DNA of 64,000 bases. Origin: Gammaproteobacteria bacterium. Its GTDB lineage: Bacteria > Pseudomonadota > Gammaproteobacteria > Eutrophobiales > Eutrophobiaceae. A program made the position numbers and the translations under genes. The stretch is from contig OZ220714.1 of NCBI GenBank assembly GCA_965116585.1, positions 1,477,088 through 1,541,087 of the forward strand, read 5' to 3'. The notes beneath the pieces were generated by a model, which saw only the letters and a program-made list of their open reading frames with translations, searched no databases and was not told where the DNA came from. Below are positions 45,652 to 55,320 of the stretch, in pieces. The stretch's first letter is position 1; every line of letters starts with the position of its first letter.

Positions 45652-47777
45652 TGCAGTCTTGAGACGTCGGCTGTCGCCAGGAACAGTTGTCGTAACCCGT
45701 GTAACAGGGCCAGCCGGTTGTGTCTTAACGCCGTATCCTCACACATGACCATCACTTCGTCGAAGAAGGCGTCCACGCCATCCCGCAAACCTGCCAGCGC
45801 GGTCAGGCGGGTGATGTAGTCGTTTGTCGCGCCCTGCTGCTGCGCCTGACACTCAAGCATTTTCTCATGCAGCGCCTGCTCTGTTTGTTCCACCAGCAAG
45901 GCCTGGTCCGGGCCGTTCCCGCCGCTGAATTGCGCCTGTTTCAGGATATTGCGGATGCGTTTGTTGGCGCTTACCAGATCCTCGGCTTCCGGCAGGCGCA
46001 GAAACTCGCCTACGGCCAGCACCCGCAGGTTGAAATCATGCGGCTGCGTTGGCCGGCACGCCTGCACCGCATCAAACACGCCGGGAGCGGCCCCGTTATC
46101 CAGGTAATAACGCCGCAACCGGTCCAGCATAAAGTCAAATACTGCGCCGGTCACTGCCGCAGCATTCACGGAGTCCGGAAAAGTGCCGGCCGCGTGTGTC
46201 AGGCAGGCTTCCAGGTCCAGCGGCAGGGCACATTCAATCATGATGCGCAGACACCCGAGGCCGGCGCGGCGCAGGCCGAAAGGGTCCTTGGCGCCGGTGG
46301 GGCCTTTACCGATGGCAAAAATCCCGGTCAGGGTATCGAGTTTGTCCGCCAGCGCCAATGCCCGACCAGTATCGGTCTGCGGTAACGCGGCGCCGGCGTA
46401 GCCGGGCATGTATTGCTCTTGCAGCGCCTGGGCGACTTCCGGGTGTTCACCGCTTTCTTCGGCGTAGTAACGTCCCATCGTCCCTTGTAGTTCCGGAAAC
46501 TCACCGACCATCTCACTCAACAAATCGCATTTGGCCAGGCGGGCTGCGCGTGCGACCCGGTCCGGCGCAAATCCCAGTTGCTCTGCAATATACCTGCCCA
46601 GGCTGCCGATACGCGCCGTCTTGTCTGCAAGTGTGCCGAGTTGTTGCTGGAAAATCACCTTGTCGGTCTCGCCCAGATACTCAAGCGGCGCCTTGCCCGG
46701 AGATACGTTGGCGGATGCTGTGCCCGCGCCGCTTGACGCTTGGGTTTGCAGCCTGGCGCGATCCCTCTCCCGGAAAAATGCAGCATCGCTCAAACGCGGC
46801 CGGATGACCCGTTCATTGCCGCGCTGGACCGCGTCGGGGTCGGCGCTGTCGATATTGGCGATAGTAATAAAATTGGCGGTTAATGCGCCGGTATCCGGGT
46901 CCAGTACGGGAAAATATTTCTGGTGCGACTGCATACTGGCAATCAGCACTTCTTGCGGGAGTTGCAGAAATTCGGCATCGAATGTCCCGGTGACGGCAAC
47001 CGGCCACTCCACCAGCGCGCTGACCTCGTCCAGTAACGCCTCATCGATCTGTGCCCTGCCTCCACAGTCATGCGCAATATCGGTGGCGGCCCGTTTAATC
47101 TGCTGTTTCCTCTCCTTGAAATCCGCAATCACGCGCCCTTCATCCCGCAACCGGGTTAAATATTGCCCGGCAGCGCCCAGGCTGATCGCCTGCGGATGGT
47201 GAAAGCGATGGCCGCGGGTTTCCCGGCCCGTTGCCATCCCCAGCAGCGTCGCGGGGATGACGTCTGCTCCAAACAGCAACACCACCCAGTGCACCGGCCG
47301 CACAAACTCAACGGCGCCCGCGCCCCAGCGCATACGCTTTGCGACCGGCAACCCGGCCAGCGCCTGCTCAATGATGCCGGGCAAGAGTTCAGCGACACCA
47401 CTGCCTTGCACCAGGCTCCGGTAGGCAAGCCAACTGCCCTTGTCGGTGTCCAGGCGGGTCAGTTCCTCGACCGCCACGCCACAGGAGCGGGCAAACCCCT
47501 GGGCGGCTTTGGTGGGATTGCCGTCCTGGTCATACGCGGCGGCGACGGCCGGCCCGCGCCGGGTGACCTGTTTATCCGCCTGTGCCGGCGCAAGGTTCCG
47601 CACCATAACGGCAAGCCGGCGCGGGGTGGCATACCAGGCGTGGTCCCCGTGTTCAAGGTCTTGTTCCTGCAAACCCCGGTGGACGGCATCGGCCAGCGCT
47701 GCGGCCAGCTTTGCCAGGGACTTCGGTGGCAATTCTTCCGTGCCGATTTCCAGCAATAAATCTTTGTTCTCACTCAT
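45648..47777 (-). CDS. glyS: Glycine--tRNA ligase beta subunit
   Basis: Start [21 protein letters not shown] typical of GlyS. ~710 aa. Follows glyQ directly. Confidence 0.95.
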   Translation of the reverse strand: MSENKDLLLEIGTEELPPKSLAKLAAALADAVHRGLQEQDLEHGDHAWYATPRRLAVMVRNLAPAQADKQVTRRGPAVAAAYDQDGNPTKAAQGFARSCGVAVEELTRLDTDKGSWLAYRSLVQGSGVAELLPGIIEQALAGLPVAKRMRWGAGAVEFVRPVHWVVLLFGADVIPATLLGMATGRETRGHRFHHPQAISLGAAGQYLTRLRDEGRVIADFKERKQQIKRAATDIAHDCGGRAQIDEALLDEVSALVEWPVAVTGTFDAEFLQLPQEVLIASMQSHQKYFPVLDPDTGALTANFITIANIDSADPDAVQRGNERVIRPRLSDAAFFRERDRARLQTQASSGAGTASANVSPGKAPLEYLGETDKVIFQQQLGTLADKTARIGSLGRYIAEQLGFAPDRVARAARLAKCDLLSEMVGEFPELQGTMGRYYAEESGEHPEVAQALQEQYMPGYAGAALPQTDTGRALALADKLDTLTGIFAIGKGPTGAKDPFGLRRAGLGCLRIMIECALPLDLEACLTHAAGTFPDSVNAAAVTGAVFDFMLDRLRRYYLDNGAAPGVFDAVQACRPTQPHDFNLRVLAVGEFLRLPEAEDLVSANKRIRNILKQAQFSGGNGPDQALLVEQTEQALHEKMLECQAQQQGATNDYITRLTALAGLRDGVDAFFDEVMVMCEDTALRHNRLALLHGLRQLFLATADVSRLQ

Positions 47778-48657
47778 GGCTGCCGCATAACGGAAATCCC
47801 AGCTTTTCCCGCTTGTCGTAATAGGCTTGAGCCACTGCGCGCGCGCTGGTTCTGACCCTGAGGATGAAACGTTGCCGCTCGGTGACGCTGATCGCATGGC
47901 GGGCGTCCAGCAGGTTGAAGATGTGCGATGCCTTCAGCACCAGTTCGTAGGCGGGCAGCGGCAAGCTGTCCTCCACCAGTTTCAGGCACTGCGCTTCACA
48001 TTCATCGAACCAGCGGAACAGGGCGGCGGTATCCGCCTGCTCGAAATTGTAGGCCGACATTTCCACCTCGTCCTGGTGATGGATGGCGCCATAGGTCACC
48101 GGGCCGTTTGCTCCATCTGTCCAGATCAGGTCGTAAACGCTGTCAACGTTCTGCAGGTAAACGGCTATCCGTTCCAGGCCATAGGTAATCTCACCGGAGA
48201 CCGGCTTGCACTCCAGTCCTCCGGCCTGCTGAAAGTACGTGAACTGGCTGATTTCCATACCGTTCAGCCAGACCTCCCAGCCCAGCCCCCAGGCGCCCAG
48301 GGTGGGTGATTCCCAGTTGTCCTCGATAAACCGCACGTCGTGCGTCAACGTATCGATGCCCAGGTGTTGCAATGATGTCAGGTAGAGTTCCTGGATATCG
48401 GCAGGCGAGGGCTTCAATATCACCTGGAACTGGTAGTAGCGTTGCAGGCGGTTCGGGTTATCGCCATAACGCCCGTCGGTAGGCCGCCGGGAAGGTTGCA
48501 CGTAGGCGCAGTGCCAGGGTTCCGGGCCGATTGCGCGCAGAAACGTGGCCGGATGGAACGTGCCGGCGCCCACTTCCATATCGTAGGGTTGTTGTATCAC
48601 GCAACCCCGCTCTGCCCAGAACGCCTGCAGGGACGCAATCAGTTGCTGGAACGTCAT
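47770..48657 (-). CDS. glyQ: Glycine--tRNA ligase alpha subunit
   Basis: [39 protein letters not shown], highly conserved GlyQ N-terminus. 295 aa. Confidence 0.95.
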   Translation of the reverse strand: MTFQQLIASLQAFWAERGCVIQQPYDMEVGAGTFHPATFLRAIGPEPWHCAYVQPSRRPTDGRYGDNPNRLQRYYQFQVILKPSPADIQELYLTSLQHLGIDTLTHDVRFIEDNWESPTLGAWGLGWEVWLNGMEISQFTYFQQAGGLECKPVSGEITYGLERIAVYLQNVDSVYDLIWTDGANGPVTYGAIHHQDEVEMSAYNFEQADTAALFRWFDECEAQCLKLVEDSLPLPAYELVLKASHIFNLLDARHAISVTERQRFILRVRTSARAVAQAYYDKREKLGFPLCGSHE

Positions 48658-48726
48658 TGATTACGAGTATCAGTTGATGAACATAAACAAGAAAATTACC
48701 ATGCATCTTAACAGGATAGAAATAAA

Positions 48727-48757
48727 AAAGCCGCCCTTTCGGGCGGCTGACCGACTG
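48727..48757 (-). terminator. Rho-independent terminator downstream of the phasin gene (GCCGCCC-TTTC-GGGCGGC followed by a U-tract on the minus strand)
   Basis: Plus strand aaaaaagccgccctttcgggcggctg. The minus strand gives a GC hairpin plus TTTTTTATTT. Confidence 0.8.
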
Positions 48758-48804
48758 CCGGCTATAGGGGGGTGAGCCGGCAGTGAGGAGGGTCTGGTGA
48801 CTGC

Positions 48805-49164
48805 TTATTTGCTTTTTGCAGCAGTCCTGGCAGCCGTTGCAGTGATGGGCGCTTCCTGCTTGAGCGTGTCGTTGACGACCTGTTGCACCTTGTCGGTGTA
48901 GCTCACACCCAGTTCCAGCGCAGACTGGCCGTCCTGGACAAGACGCTCGCCCAGGGATTTCACCACCTCGGCCTGCTCGGTGAAGTACTTCTTCAGGCCA
49001 TCAACGTCCTTGATGTCGGCTGCGGCTTTCATCTGCTCAACGCCCAGCCTGGCGGTGTCGTTGATTGACTTGAGCTGGATGTTCAGCAGCTTCTCAACGT
49101 TTTCCAGGGCCAGGGTGTTAATCTCCCGGACGGGTTCAAGGTATTTTGCGGCTTGTACATTCAT
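48805..49164 (-). CDS. Phasin-family protein (PHA granule-associated, Phasin_2-like)
   Basis: Likely start MNVQAAKYLEP with an AGGAGA RBS. Amphipathic helical composition. C-terminal Ala/Lys-rich tail. Confidence 0.65.
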   Translation of the reverse strand: MNVQAAKYLEPVREINTLALENVEKLLNIQLKSINDTARLGVEQMKAAADIKDVDGLKKYFTEQAEVVKSLGERLVQDGQSALELGVSYTDKVQQVVNDTLKQEAPITATAARTAAKSK

Positions 49165-49348
49165 GGTTGCTATCTCCTGTGATTTAAGTGGATGTTGCGT
49201 TGCATCATACACCCAACATTTGTGCAGTGCAACAGGAAATTGCGATTTTTTTGAAAAAAACTACAACTTTTTTTGTTATTCTTTATAAAACAGTGTGTTA
49301 GGAATGAAAATTTTTGAAATAATTGTGTTTTGGTGCAGTTTGGGCATG

Positions 49349-49519
49349 GATTCATCCGCAGATGACGCAGATTAACGCAGATTATTGTTGTAAATTCGGA
49401 GGACAGGCTTAAGTCTGTCCCCCCGACCGGAGTTACATTTTGTCGGGTTGTACAAAACCCTGATCCTGAAGGTTCTGTAAAAAATATCTGTGTTAATCTG
49501 CGTCATCTGCGGATGAATC
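49349..49519. repeat. 171-bp element bounded by perfect 28-bp inverted repeats (GATTCATCCGCAGATGACGCAGATTAAC … GTTAATCTGCGTCATCTGCGGATGAATC) with nested internal hairpins; MITE-like or giant hairpin
   Basis: Arms read directly at 49349-49376 and 49492-49519. The right arm contains the last 8 codons plus the stop of the DUF4340 gene. The spacer holds GGACAGGCTTAAGTCTGTCC and CCCGAC…GTCGGG hairpins. Confidence 0.7.
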
Positions 49520-50608
49520 TTTATCTCCTGTGGCTGCTTCCGGTACGCGCACCAGGTCTTCCAGGGTCTGGCCGTACAACTCCACCTTGGAAGTGGCTAA
49601 CTGGTAAGCCCAGCCTTGCAGCAAGCTGTTCAGGGTTGCGGCTTCCTGTTCCGGCGTCAATTTGGTTTCTTCCTCTGCGCCTGCTTCATCATCAGTGGTC
49701 TCCGCACTGTCCGTAGCGCTTTCCTGCGCGCTGAAGGAAAATCTCGCATAGGACTGCTCGTCGCTTTGCACGACCTCAATCTGCGCCGTCAGACCATCGA
49801 ACGCGGTCACGTCAAGCACGGAAACCGGGCTGGAGAAATCGATATTTTCCGCTTTTCTTACGCCGTCCACGTACACGTTCTCAAGGACGGTCGCCATGCG
49901 GCTGATCAGGTACTCGGATGCCTGTTCCTTGCCGGCCGGGATATCCTGTAATGCCAGTTCGTCCGTGGATTCATCCCGGTTCAGGTTTATTTCCACCCCG
50001 CCGGCCGGACGCAAGCGCACGGCCTTGACCCGGTCTGCTTCGATATTGATGATGTCCCGCTTGATCCACTGGATGATATCGGCGCTGATCGAAAGTCTGC
50101 CCTCCACCAGCAGGGCTTGCTGTTGATCAGGAATGCGCACGTACAGGCCCGGCGCGCTGACGGCGGATTTGCTTCTCCTGGTGTTGCCGACAACCAGTCT
50201 GGCCAGTTCATCCTCGGCGCCGGCCAACGTCAACATGGTGGACGTCGCGCCCCGGCTGTCGATATCCTCCACGCCCAGCCGCTTGTAGAGTTCGGGCTTG
50301 TCGGTCTTTTCTGCGATGACTTTCAGGTCTGAGACAGCCAGCGCGGTTTCTTTCACCTTGTCAACCAGCGCGGGATAATTATCCGCCTCAGCGATACCCC
50401 AGTTGCCGTCCACGCGTTGCACCGTCAAGGTGTTCTGGTCATCCTCAACCACCAGCCTGCTTATATCGTTAATGCGTTCGGCAAGTTCCGGGAACAGCGC
50501 AGTTTTTTCCCTGCTCGTCTCGGGCGCCCGCTGCTGGCTGACGATCACTGCCGCAATGACGACCACGGCAGTCAGCGCGGCGGCTATGGCGTACCTGTTC
50601 TTCATCAT
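49493..50608 (-). CDS. DUF4340-domain protein (auxiliary component of the GldG-type ABC system)
   Basis: N-terminal transmembrane anchor MMKNRYAIAAALTAVVVIAAVIV. ATGA overlap with the upstream GldG-like gene. Acidic C-terminal tail. Confidence 0.75.
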   Translation of the reverse strand: MMKNRYAIAAALTAVVVIAAVIVSQQRAPETSREKTALFPELAERINDISRLVVEDDQNTLTVQRVDGNWGIAEADNYPALVDKVKETALAVSDLKVIAEKTDKPELYKRLGVEDIDSRGATSTMLTLAGAEDELARLVVGNTRRSKSAVSAPGLYVRIPDQQQALLVEGRLSISADIIQWIKRDIINIEADRVKAVRLRPAGGVEINLNRDESTDELALQDIPAGKEQASEYLISRMATVLENVYVDGVRKAENIDFSSPVSVLDVTAFDGLTAQIEVVQSDEQSYARFSFSAQESATDSAETTDDEAGAEEETKLTPEQEAATLNSLLQGWAYQLATSKVELYGQTLEDLVRVPEAATGDKDSSADDAD

Positions 50609-52467
50609 GCTCGAACACGCGCCCGCCGCAGACCCGCTACCAGGGCCAGTAACGCGATCAGCAAAGGTATCAAGCCGATATTGATGAATTTGAGTTGCGT
50701 GCCCAGACGTTCGATATTCTTTTGCAGTTCGTGTTGTACTGCGCGTAGTTCCTTGCGCGTGCTGATCTGCTCAAGCCTGAATTTTTCAATCTCATCGGCC
50801 TGTTCCTGGCTCAGCAACAACGCGCCCTCCCCGCCTTCCTGCTGCAACTGGGCTATCTTCTGTTCGGTCTCCTCCAGGCGGGATTGCAGCGCCTGTTCCT
50901 GTTCACGGAAGCGCGCTTCCGCATCCCGGCGTATCTGTTCGACCACGGTAAACGGGCGGGAGAACTCACCCCGGCTGCGCAGGCTGATCAAGTCGGTATT
51001 GCCGGCCAGGTTATCCAGGGTGTTGACGACGAAATCGCCGTTGTTGGCAATACTCTGGGGAATCTGCACCCCGAAGAAGTTCTGCATCCGGATCCAGAAA
51101 TGATCCGCGAGGATGTCGGTATCGCCCACCAGCACCACGTCAATTCTACCCTCCTTGACGGTCTCTTCCGGCGCCGCGGGGTCGTCTTCCTCATCCGCTC
51201 CCGGCAAGCCGTCCGGATAAGCGCTGGGCACTGTGCCGCTGATCCTGGCAGCGAGTACCAGGGCCGTATTTTCCGCGGCAAAATTGGCCAGCATGACGTT
51301 GGGGTCGCGCTGGAAGAAGATCAGGTCCCGTTCCATCTTCATGGAGTCCGTGGTGGTCTCTATCAGGGGGGTCAATGCGACAGCGGCATCGTCCTGGCGT
51401 TCGATAATGCCTGCCGTGCCCATGTGCACCTGGTTTAACTCACTGGTGCTGAAGTCCTCGCGATTGAGGTTCTGCTCCCCTAGCTGCAACCAGGGCAGGT
51501 AATTGGTTTCCTGGGGGCCGCGCGCGCCCTGGGTCTGCACGCGCATCGCCAGGTTGATGTCCGCCGCGAGCTTGCTGGTATCGACTTTCAGGCCCCAGCC
51601 TTCCAGCATCACGTTCAGGTTGGAAGACAGGTCCGGCATCACGTACGGGTTGGCCGGGTCAGGTTCCGTGGCGTCACCCTCGGCCAGCGGGTCCACGAAC
51701 AACATGGCATGGCCGCCACGCAGCAGGAACTGGTCAATGGCGAACAGCGCTCCCTCGCTGAAATTCTTGGGATGAACCACCATCAATACGTCCACGTCTT
51801 CATCAATGTAGTCCGCATTTGCGCCAAGATTGCGCACCTCGAAGAATTCTTCCATGACACCAACGATGGCCCAGCTTTCCTGAATGCCGCGCGCCGGGTC
51901 GCCGAACAACGGCAGCGCCGACATCACCCCGACGACGCGCTTTTCCGGATTCGCAAGGTTGTAGATCAGTTTGGTGACATCGTACTCCAGCGCATTTTCC
52001 CGGCTTGCCTGGAAGAACGGAATGGTGGCTTCATCATCCGTGGAGTTGACCCCTACCAGCCCGAAGTAGGCCCGGTCACCCGCGGCATTGACGGAGATCC
52101 CGTTCAGGCCGCTGGCCACGGCCTGGTCCTCTTCCTCGGAGAAAGGCTCCGGTTCAATGACGGACAGCCGGATCATACCGTCCGATTTGGCCGCATACTC
52201 TTCCAGCAGGTCGCGCACCCGGTTGGCGTAATTCACCAGTTGCGGGAAGTCTGCCATGCTCTTGCGGGACAGGTAGAAATCCAGGCTGACCGGCTCGTCC
52301 AGGGTGGTAATGATGTTGATGGAGCCCGGTGACAGCGTGAACAGCCGGTTTTCCGTCAGGTCCAGGCGCACACCGGTGAACAGGTTGTTGCTGATGGTGA
52401 TCAGCGCCACCGCCAGCGCCGCCGCCAGCAGGATGCCTGAACCCGATAACAGATGTTTATACTTCAT
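50605..52467 (-). CDS. GldG-like ABC-transporter auxiliary protein (ABC_transp_aux family)
   Basis: N- and C-terminal transmembrane anchors flanking a large periplasmic domain. C-terminal coiled coil. Conserved position after the ABC-2 permease. Confidence 0.8.
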   Translation of the reverse strand: MKYKHLLSGSGILLAAALAVALITISNNLFTGVRLDLTENRLFTLSPGSINIITTLDEPVSLDFYLSRKSMADFPQLVNYANRVRDLLEEYAAKSDGMIRLSVIEPEPFSEEEDQAVASGLNGISVNAAGDRAYFGLVGVNSTDDEATIPFFQASRENALEYDVTKLIYNLANPEKRVVGVMSALPLFGDPARGIQESWAIVGVMEEFFEVRNLGANADYIDEDVDVLMVVHPKNFSEGALFAIDQFLLRGGHAMLFVDPLAEGDATEPDPANPYVMPDLSSNLNVMLEGWGLKVDTSKLAADINLAMRVQTQGARGPQETNYLPWLQLGEQNLNREDFSTSELNQVHMGTAGIIERQDDAAVALTPLIETTTDSMKMERDLIFFQRDPNVMLANFAAENTALVLAARISGTVPSAYPDGLPGADEEDDPAAPEETVKEGRIDVVLVGDTDILADHFWIRMQNFFGVQIPQSIANNGDFVVNTLDNLAGNTDLISLRSRGEFSRPFTVVEQIRRDAEARFREQEQALQSRLEETEQKIAQLQQEGGEGALLLSQEQADEIEKFRLEQISTRKELRAVQHELQKNIERLGTQLKFINIGLIPLLIALLALVAGLRRARVRA

Positions 52468-52476
52468 ATCCGTCCC

Positions 52477-53229
52477 TCACGCAGCCTTGCGGGAATCGAT
52501 CACCACGACGTTGGCATACAGCCAGAACGAGATCAGCGCCAGGTAATAAATCACGTCGCGCAGGTCGATCACGCCTTTATTGATGGAATCGAAGTGGGTC
52601 AGGAAACTGAGCGAGGAAATCACATCCACCAGGGCCTGGGGTGCCCAGCCCTGGAAGAAATCCAGCACCAGTGGGAATCCGCTCAGGATGAACAGGAAAC
52701 AGATCACGACACTGATCACGAAAGCGATGACCTGGCTCTTGGACAGGGCGGAGATGCACGAACCGATGGCCAGGAAGCCGCCGGCCATGAGCAGGCTGCC
52801 CAGGTAACCGGCCAGGATCACGGTGTTGTCCGGGTCGCCCAGGTAATTGACGGTAATCCACATGGGAAACGTCAAGACCAGAGCCACCGCGGTAAAACAC
52901 CAAGCAGCCAGGAACTTGCCCAGCACCGCATCCGTGATAGTTACCGGCAGCGTCATCAGCAGTTCTATGGTGCCGGTCTTGCGTTCTTCCGACCAGAGCC
53001 GCATGGAGATGGCCGGTATCAGGAACAGGTAAAGCCAGGGATGGAACCGGAAAAACGGCTCCAGGTCCGCCTGGCCGCGCTCGTAGAACGCACCCAGGTA
53101 AAAACTGAAGATGCCGGTCAGAAACAGGAAGATAATGATAAAGACGTAGGCAACGGGTGTGTGAAAATACCCGTACAGCTCCCGTTTCATTACCGCCTTG
53201 ATATTGTTGTTCATAATCGGGTTGTTCAT
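52477..53229 (-). CDS. ABC-2 type transporter permease (GldF-like)
   Basis: Six predicted transmembrane helices, 250 aa. ATGA-type overlap with the ATPase gene. Confidence 0.8.
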   Translation of the reverse strand: MNNPIMNNNIKAVMKRELYGYFHTPVAYVFIIIFLFLTGIFSFYLGAFYERGQADLEPFFRFHPWLYLFLIPAISMRLWSEERKTGTIELLMTLPVTITDAVLGKFLAAWCFTAVALVLTFPMWITVNYLGDPDNTVILAGYLGSLLMAGGFLAIGSCISALSKSQVIAFVISVVICFLFILSGFPLVLDFFQGWAPQALVDVISSLSFLTHFDSINKGVIDLRDVIYYLALISFWLYANVVVIDSRKAA

Positions 53230-54002
53230 GACTGCCCCGCCTCGCCCTGACTGGCATAGAACCGGCTGGTGATGGCGCGGAACGCATCGTCGTAGTCATT
53301 CTGCCCGGACTCGGCCCTGAGTTCAGCCGGCGTGCCGTCAAACAGGATCTGTCCGGCGGCAATGATAATCGCCCGGCTGCACACGGCGTCCACCTCCTCC
53401 AGGATGTGGGTGGAAATAACGATGGCCTTCTGCTCAGCCATTTCCTTGATCAGGCTCCTCACTTCATGCTTCTGGTTGGGGTCCAGGCCGTCGGTGGGTT
53501 CGTCCATGATCAACACGTCCGGGTCGTGCAACAGCGCCTGGGCCACGCCCACGCGGCGCTTGAAACCCTTGGACAAGGTCTCTACCGTCTGGTTCAGCAC
53601 GCCGTCCAGGTGCACCAGGTCAACCACCCGGTCTACCCGCTGCTGTTTTTCCGAGCCCTTGAAGCCGCGTATCTCCGCCACAAATTCCAGGAACCGCCTG
53701 ACCGTCATCTCGCCATAAGCCGGCGCGCCCTCCGGCAGATAGCCGATAGACGCCTTGACGCGGATGGGGTCGGTCAGCACGTCATGGCCGTTCACCAGCA
53801 CGGTGCCGTCGGTCGGCTCCAGAAAGCCGGTAATCATCTTCATGGTCGTGGACTTCCCCGCGCCGTTGGGCCCCAGAAAGCCCAGCACCTCGCCGTGCCG
53901 CACGGAGAAAGACACATTCCGCACCGCATGAATAGGCCCGAAGCGCTTGTCCAGCCCCTTGACCTCTATCGCCGGTGTATTGTCATTAGCTGACATAATC
54001 AA
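53226..54002 (-). CDS. ABC transporter ATP-binding protein (GldA-like)
   Basis: Walker A GPNGAGKST, signature LSKGFKRRVGVAQAL, Walker B VLIMDEPT. Confidence 0.9.
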   Translation of the reverse strand: MIMSANDNTPAIEVKGLDKRFGPIHAVRNVSFSVRHGEVLGFLGPNGAGKSTTMKMITGFLEPTDGTVLVNGHDVLTDPIRVKASIGYLPEGAPAYGEMTVRRFLEFVAEIRGFKGSEKQQRVDRVVDLVHLDGVLNQTVETLSKGFKRRVGVAQALLHDPDVLIMDEPTDGLDPNQKHEVRSLIKEMAEQKAIVISTHILEEVDAVCSRAIIIAAGQILFDGTPAELRAESGQNDYDDAFRAITSRFYASQGEAGQS

Positions 54003-54143
54003 TATTCAGTTGATTCTTTCAATTTTCGGGAATTAATACCGATCAGGCAGAAAACCTGTGAGAAGCGATATTCTCCATATTTATCAGTTTCAGTCAAGTA
54101 GTAACAATCGGAATGATTGATCACAGGTGCGCGGGAGAGAACC

Positions 54144-54163
54144 ACTCCTGCGCAAGCAGGAGT
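54144..54163. repeat. GNRA-loop hairpin ACTCCTGC-GCAA-GCAGGAGT (inverted copy of the motif at 15362-15379)
   Basis: Perfect 8-bp stem with a 4-nt loop. Sits between a gene end (54216) and a gene start (54002) on the minus strand. Confidence 0.5.
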
Positions 54164-54215
54164 CTATCCGTACCAATGGCTCACTCTATTCTTGTCCTGT
54201 CCCTGCAGGATTTCA

Positions 54216-55079
54216 CTAACCTGCGGGCCTCTTCAACCGGTACAGGGCGGAGATGTCCTCGTCGCCGTAGCCCTGTTCCATCAATTGCTCATAGTGGCTG
54301 AGGGTGGTATCAACCAGCGGCAGGGAAAGCTTGCCCGCTTCCCGCGCCATGGCCTTGCAGATGCCCAGGTCCTTGTGGTGCAGGTTCACCTTGAAGCCGG
54401 TGGCATTATCGTCCACCAGCATGGTCTTGCCGCGATGGTCCAGGAACCAGTTGCCGGCGGCGCCCTTCGCCACCACATCCACCACCTTGTCCATATCCAG
54501 CCCCATGGCCTCGCCGAAGGCCAGGGCTTCGGTCACAGCCTGGTTGACCCCCGCGCACATGATCTGGTTCACCGCCTTGCAAGCCTGGCCGCTGCCGCTG
54601 GGGCCTATCAACGTAATGGTCGCGGCTATTGAGCGCAAGGTATCTTCCACCTTTGCCAGCGCGTCAGGGTCACCCCCCACCATCATCGCCAGCGTACCGT
54701 TCCTGGCCCCTTCCACCCCGCCGGACACCGGGCAGTCCAGGAACGCAACCTTCTGTTCCGCCAACATCCCCGCAGCCTGCCGCGCGGTGGCGCTGCTGAC
54801 GGTGGAAGTATCCACCACAATCGCGCCGGCAGCTATGGCCGAGCCAACCTGCTCCACCATCTCCAGCACGTCCTCATCCCGGGACACGCACAGCAACACC
54901 AGTTCGCACTGCGCCGCCAGCGCCGCCGGCGAGTCAAACAGGATGACCCCACTACGCCCCGCAATGTCTTGCGCCTTGCTGCGAGTGCGGTTCCACACCC
55001 CATGCAAATATCCCGCCTTGTGCAGGTTCAAGGCCATCCCCCCACCCATGGCGCCCAGGCCGATTACTCCGGTTTTCAT
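54216..55079 (-). CDS. NAD(P)-dependent 3-hydroxyisobutyrate dehydrogenase-family oxidoreductase (MmsB / tartronate semialdehyde reductase-like)
   Basis: MKTGVIGLGAMGGGMALNL Rossmann motif. C-terminal 6-PGDH-like helical domain. Confidence 0.85.
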   Translation of the reverse strand: MKTGVIGLGAMGGGMALNLHKAGYLHGVWNRTRSKAQDIAGRSGVILFDSPAALAAQCELVLLCVSRDEDVLEMVEQVGSAIAAGAIVVDTSTVSSATARQAAGMLAEQKVAFLDCPVSGGVEGARNGTLAMMVGGDPDALAKVEDTLRSIAATITLIGPSGSGQACKAVNQIMCAGVNQAVTEALAFGEAMGLDMDKVVDVVAKGAAGNWFLDHRGKTMLVDDNATGFKVNLHHKDLGICKAMAREAGKLSLPLVDTTLSHYEQLMEQGYGDEDISALYRLKRPAG

Positions 55080-55257
55080 TTGGTTGTACCTCCAAACTCT
55101 CATGCTCAGGGTTCTGAGCTCTCCGACGAAATGCAACTCGGGACAGAATGTGTCCGTCCCCTGATTCCATTAGCAAGCTACGCATGCAATCCAGGGGGAT
55201 TGTAGCGTATTCCAACCTGTATTTCTCACAGACTCAACACTTGACTCCGGCTTGGTT

Positions 55258-55300
55258 ATATTAGGATAATTCAAAATCACAGTTTGAACTATCCTAATAT
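55258..55300. promoter_or_regulatory. 11-bp-arm palindrome ATATTAGGATA…TATCCTAATAT with loop core CAGTTTGAACTAT, 20 nt upstream of the second DUF4143 ATPase gene
   Basis: Read directly. The loop core matches that of the palindrome at 10588-10640 (CAGTTGAACTAT). Confidence 0.65.
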
Positions 55301-55320
55301 TACTGGTAGAGTCCAAGGTT

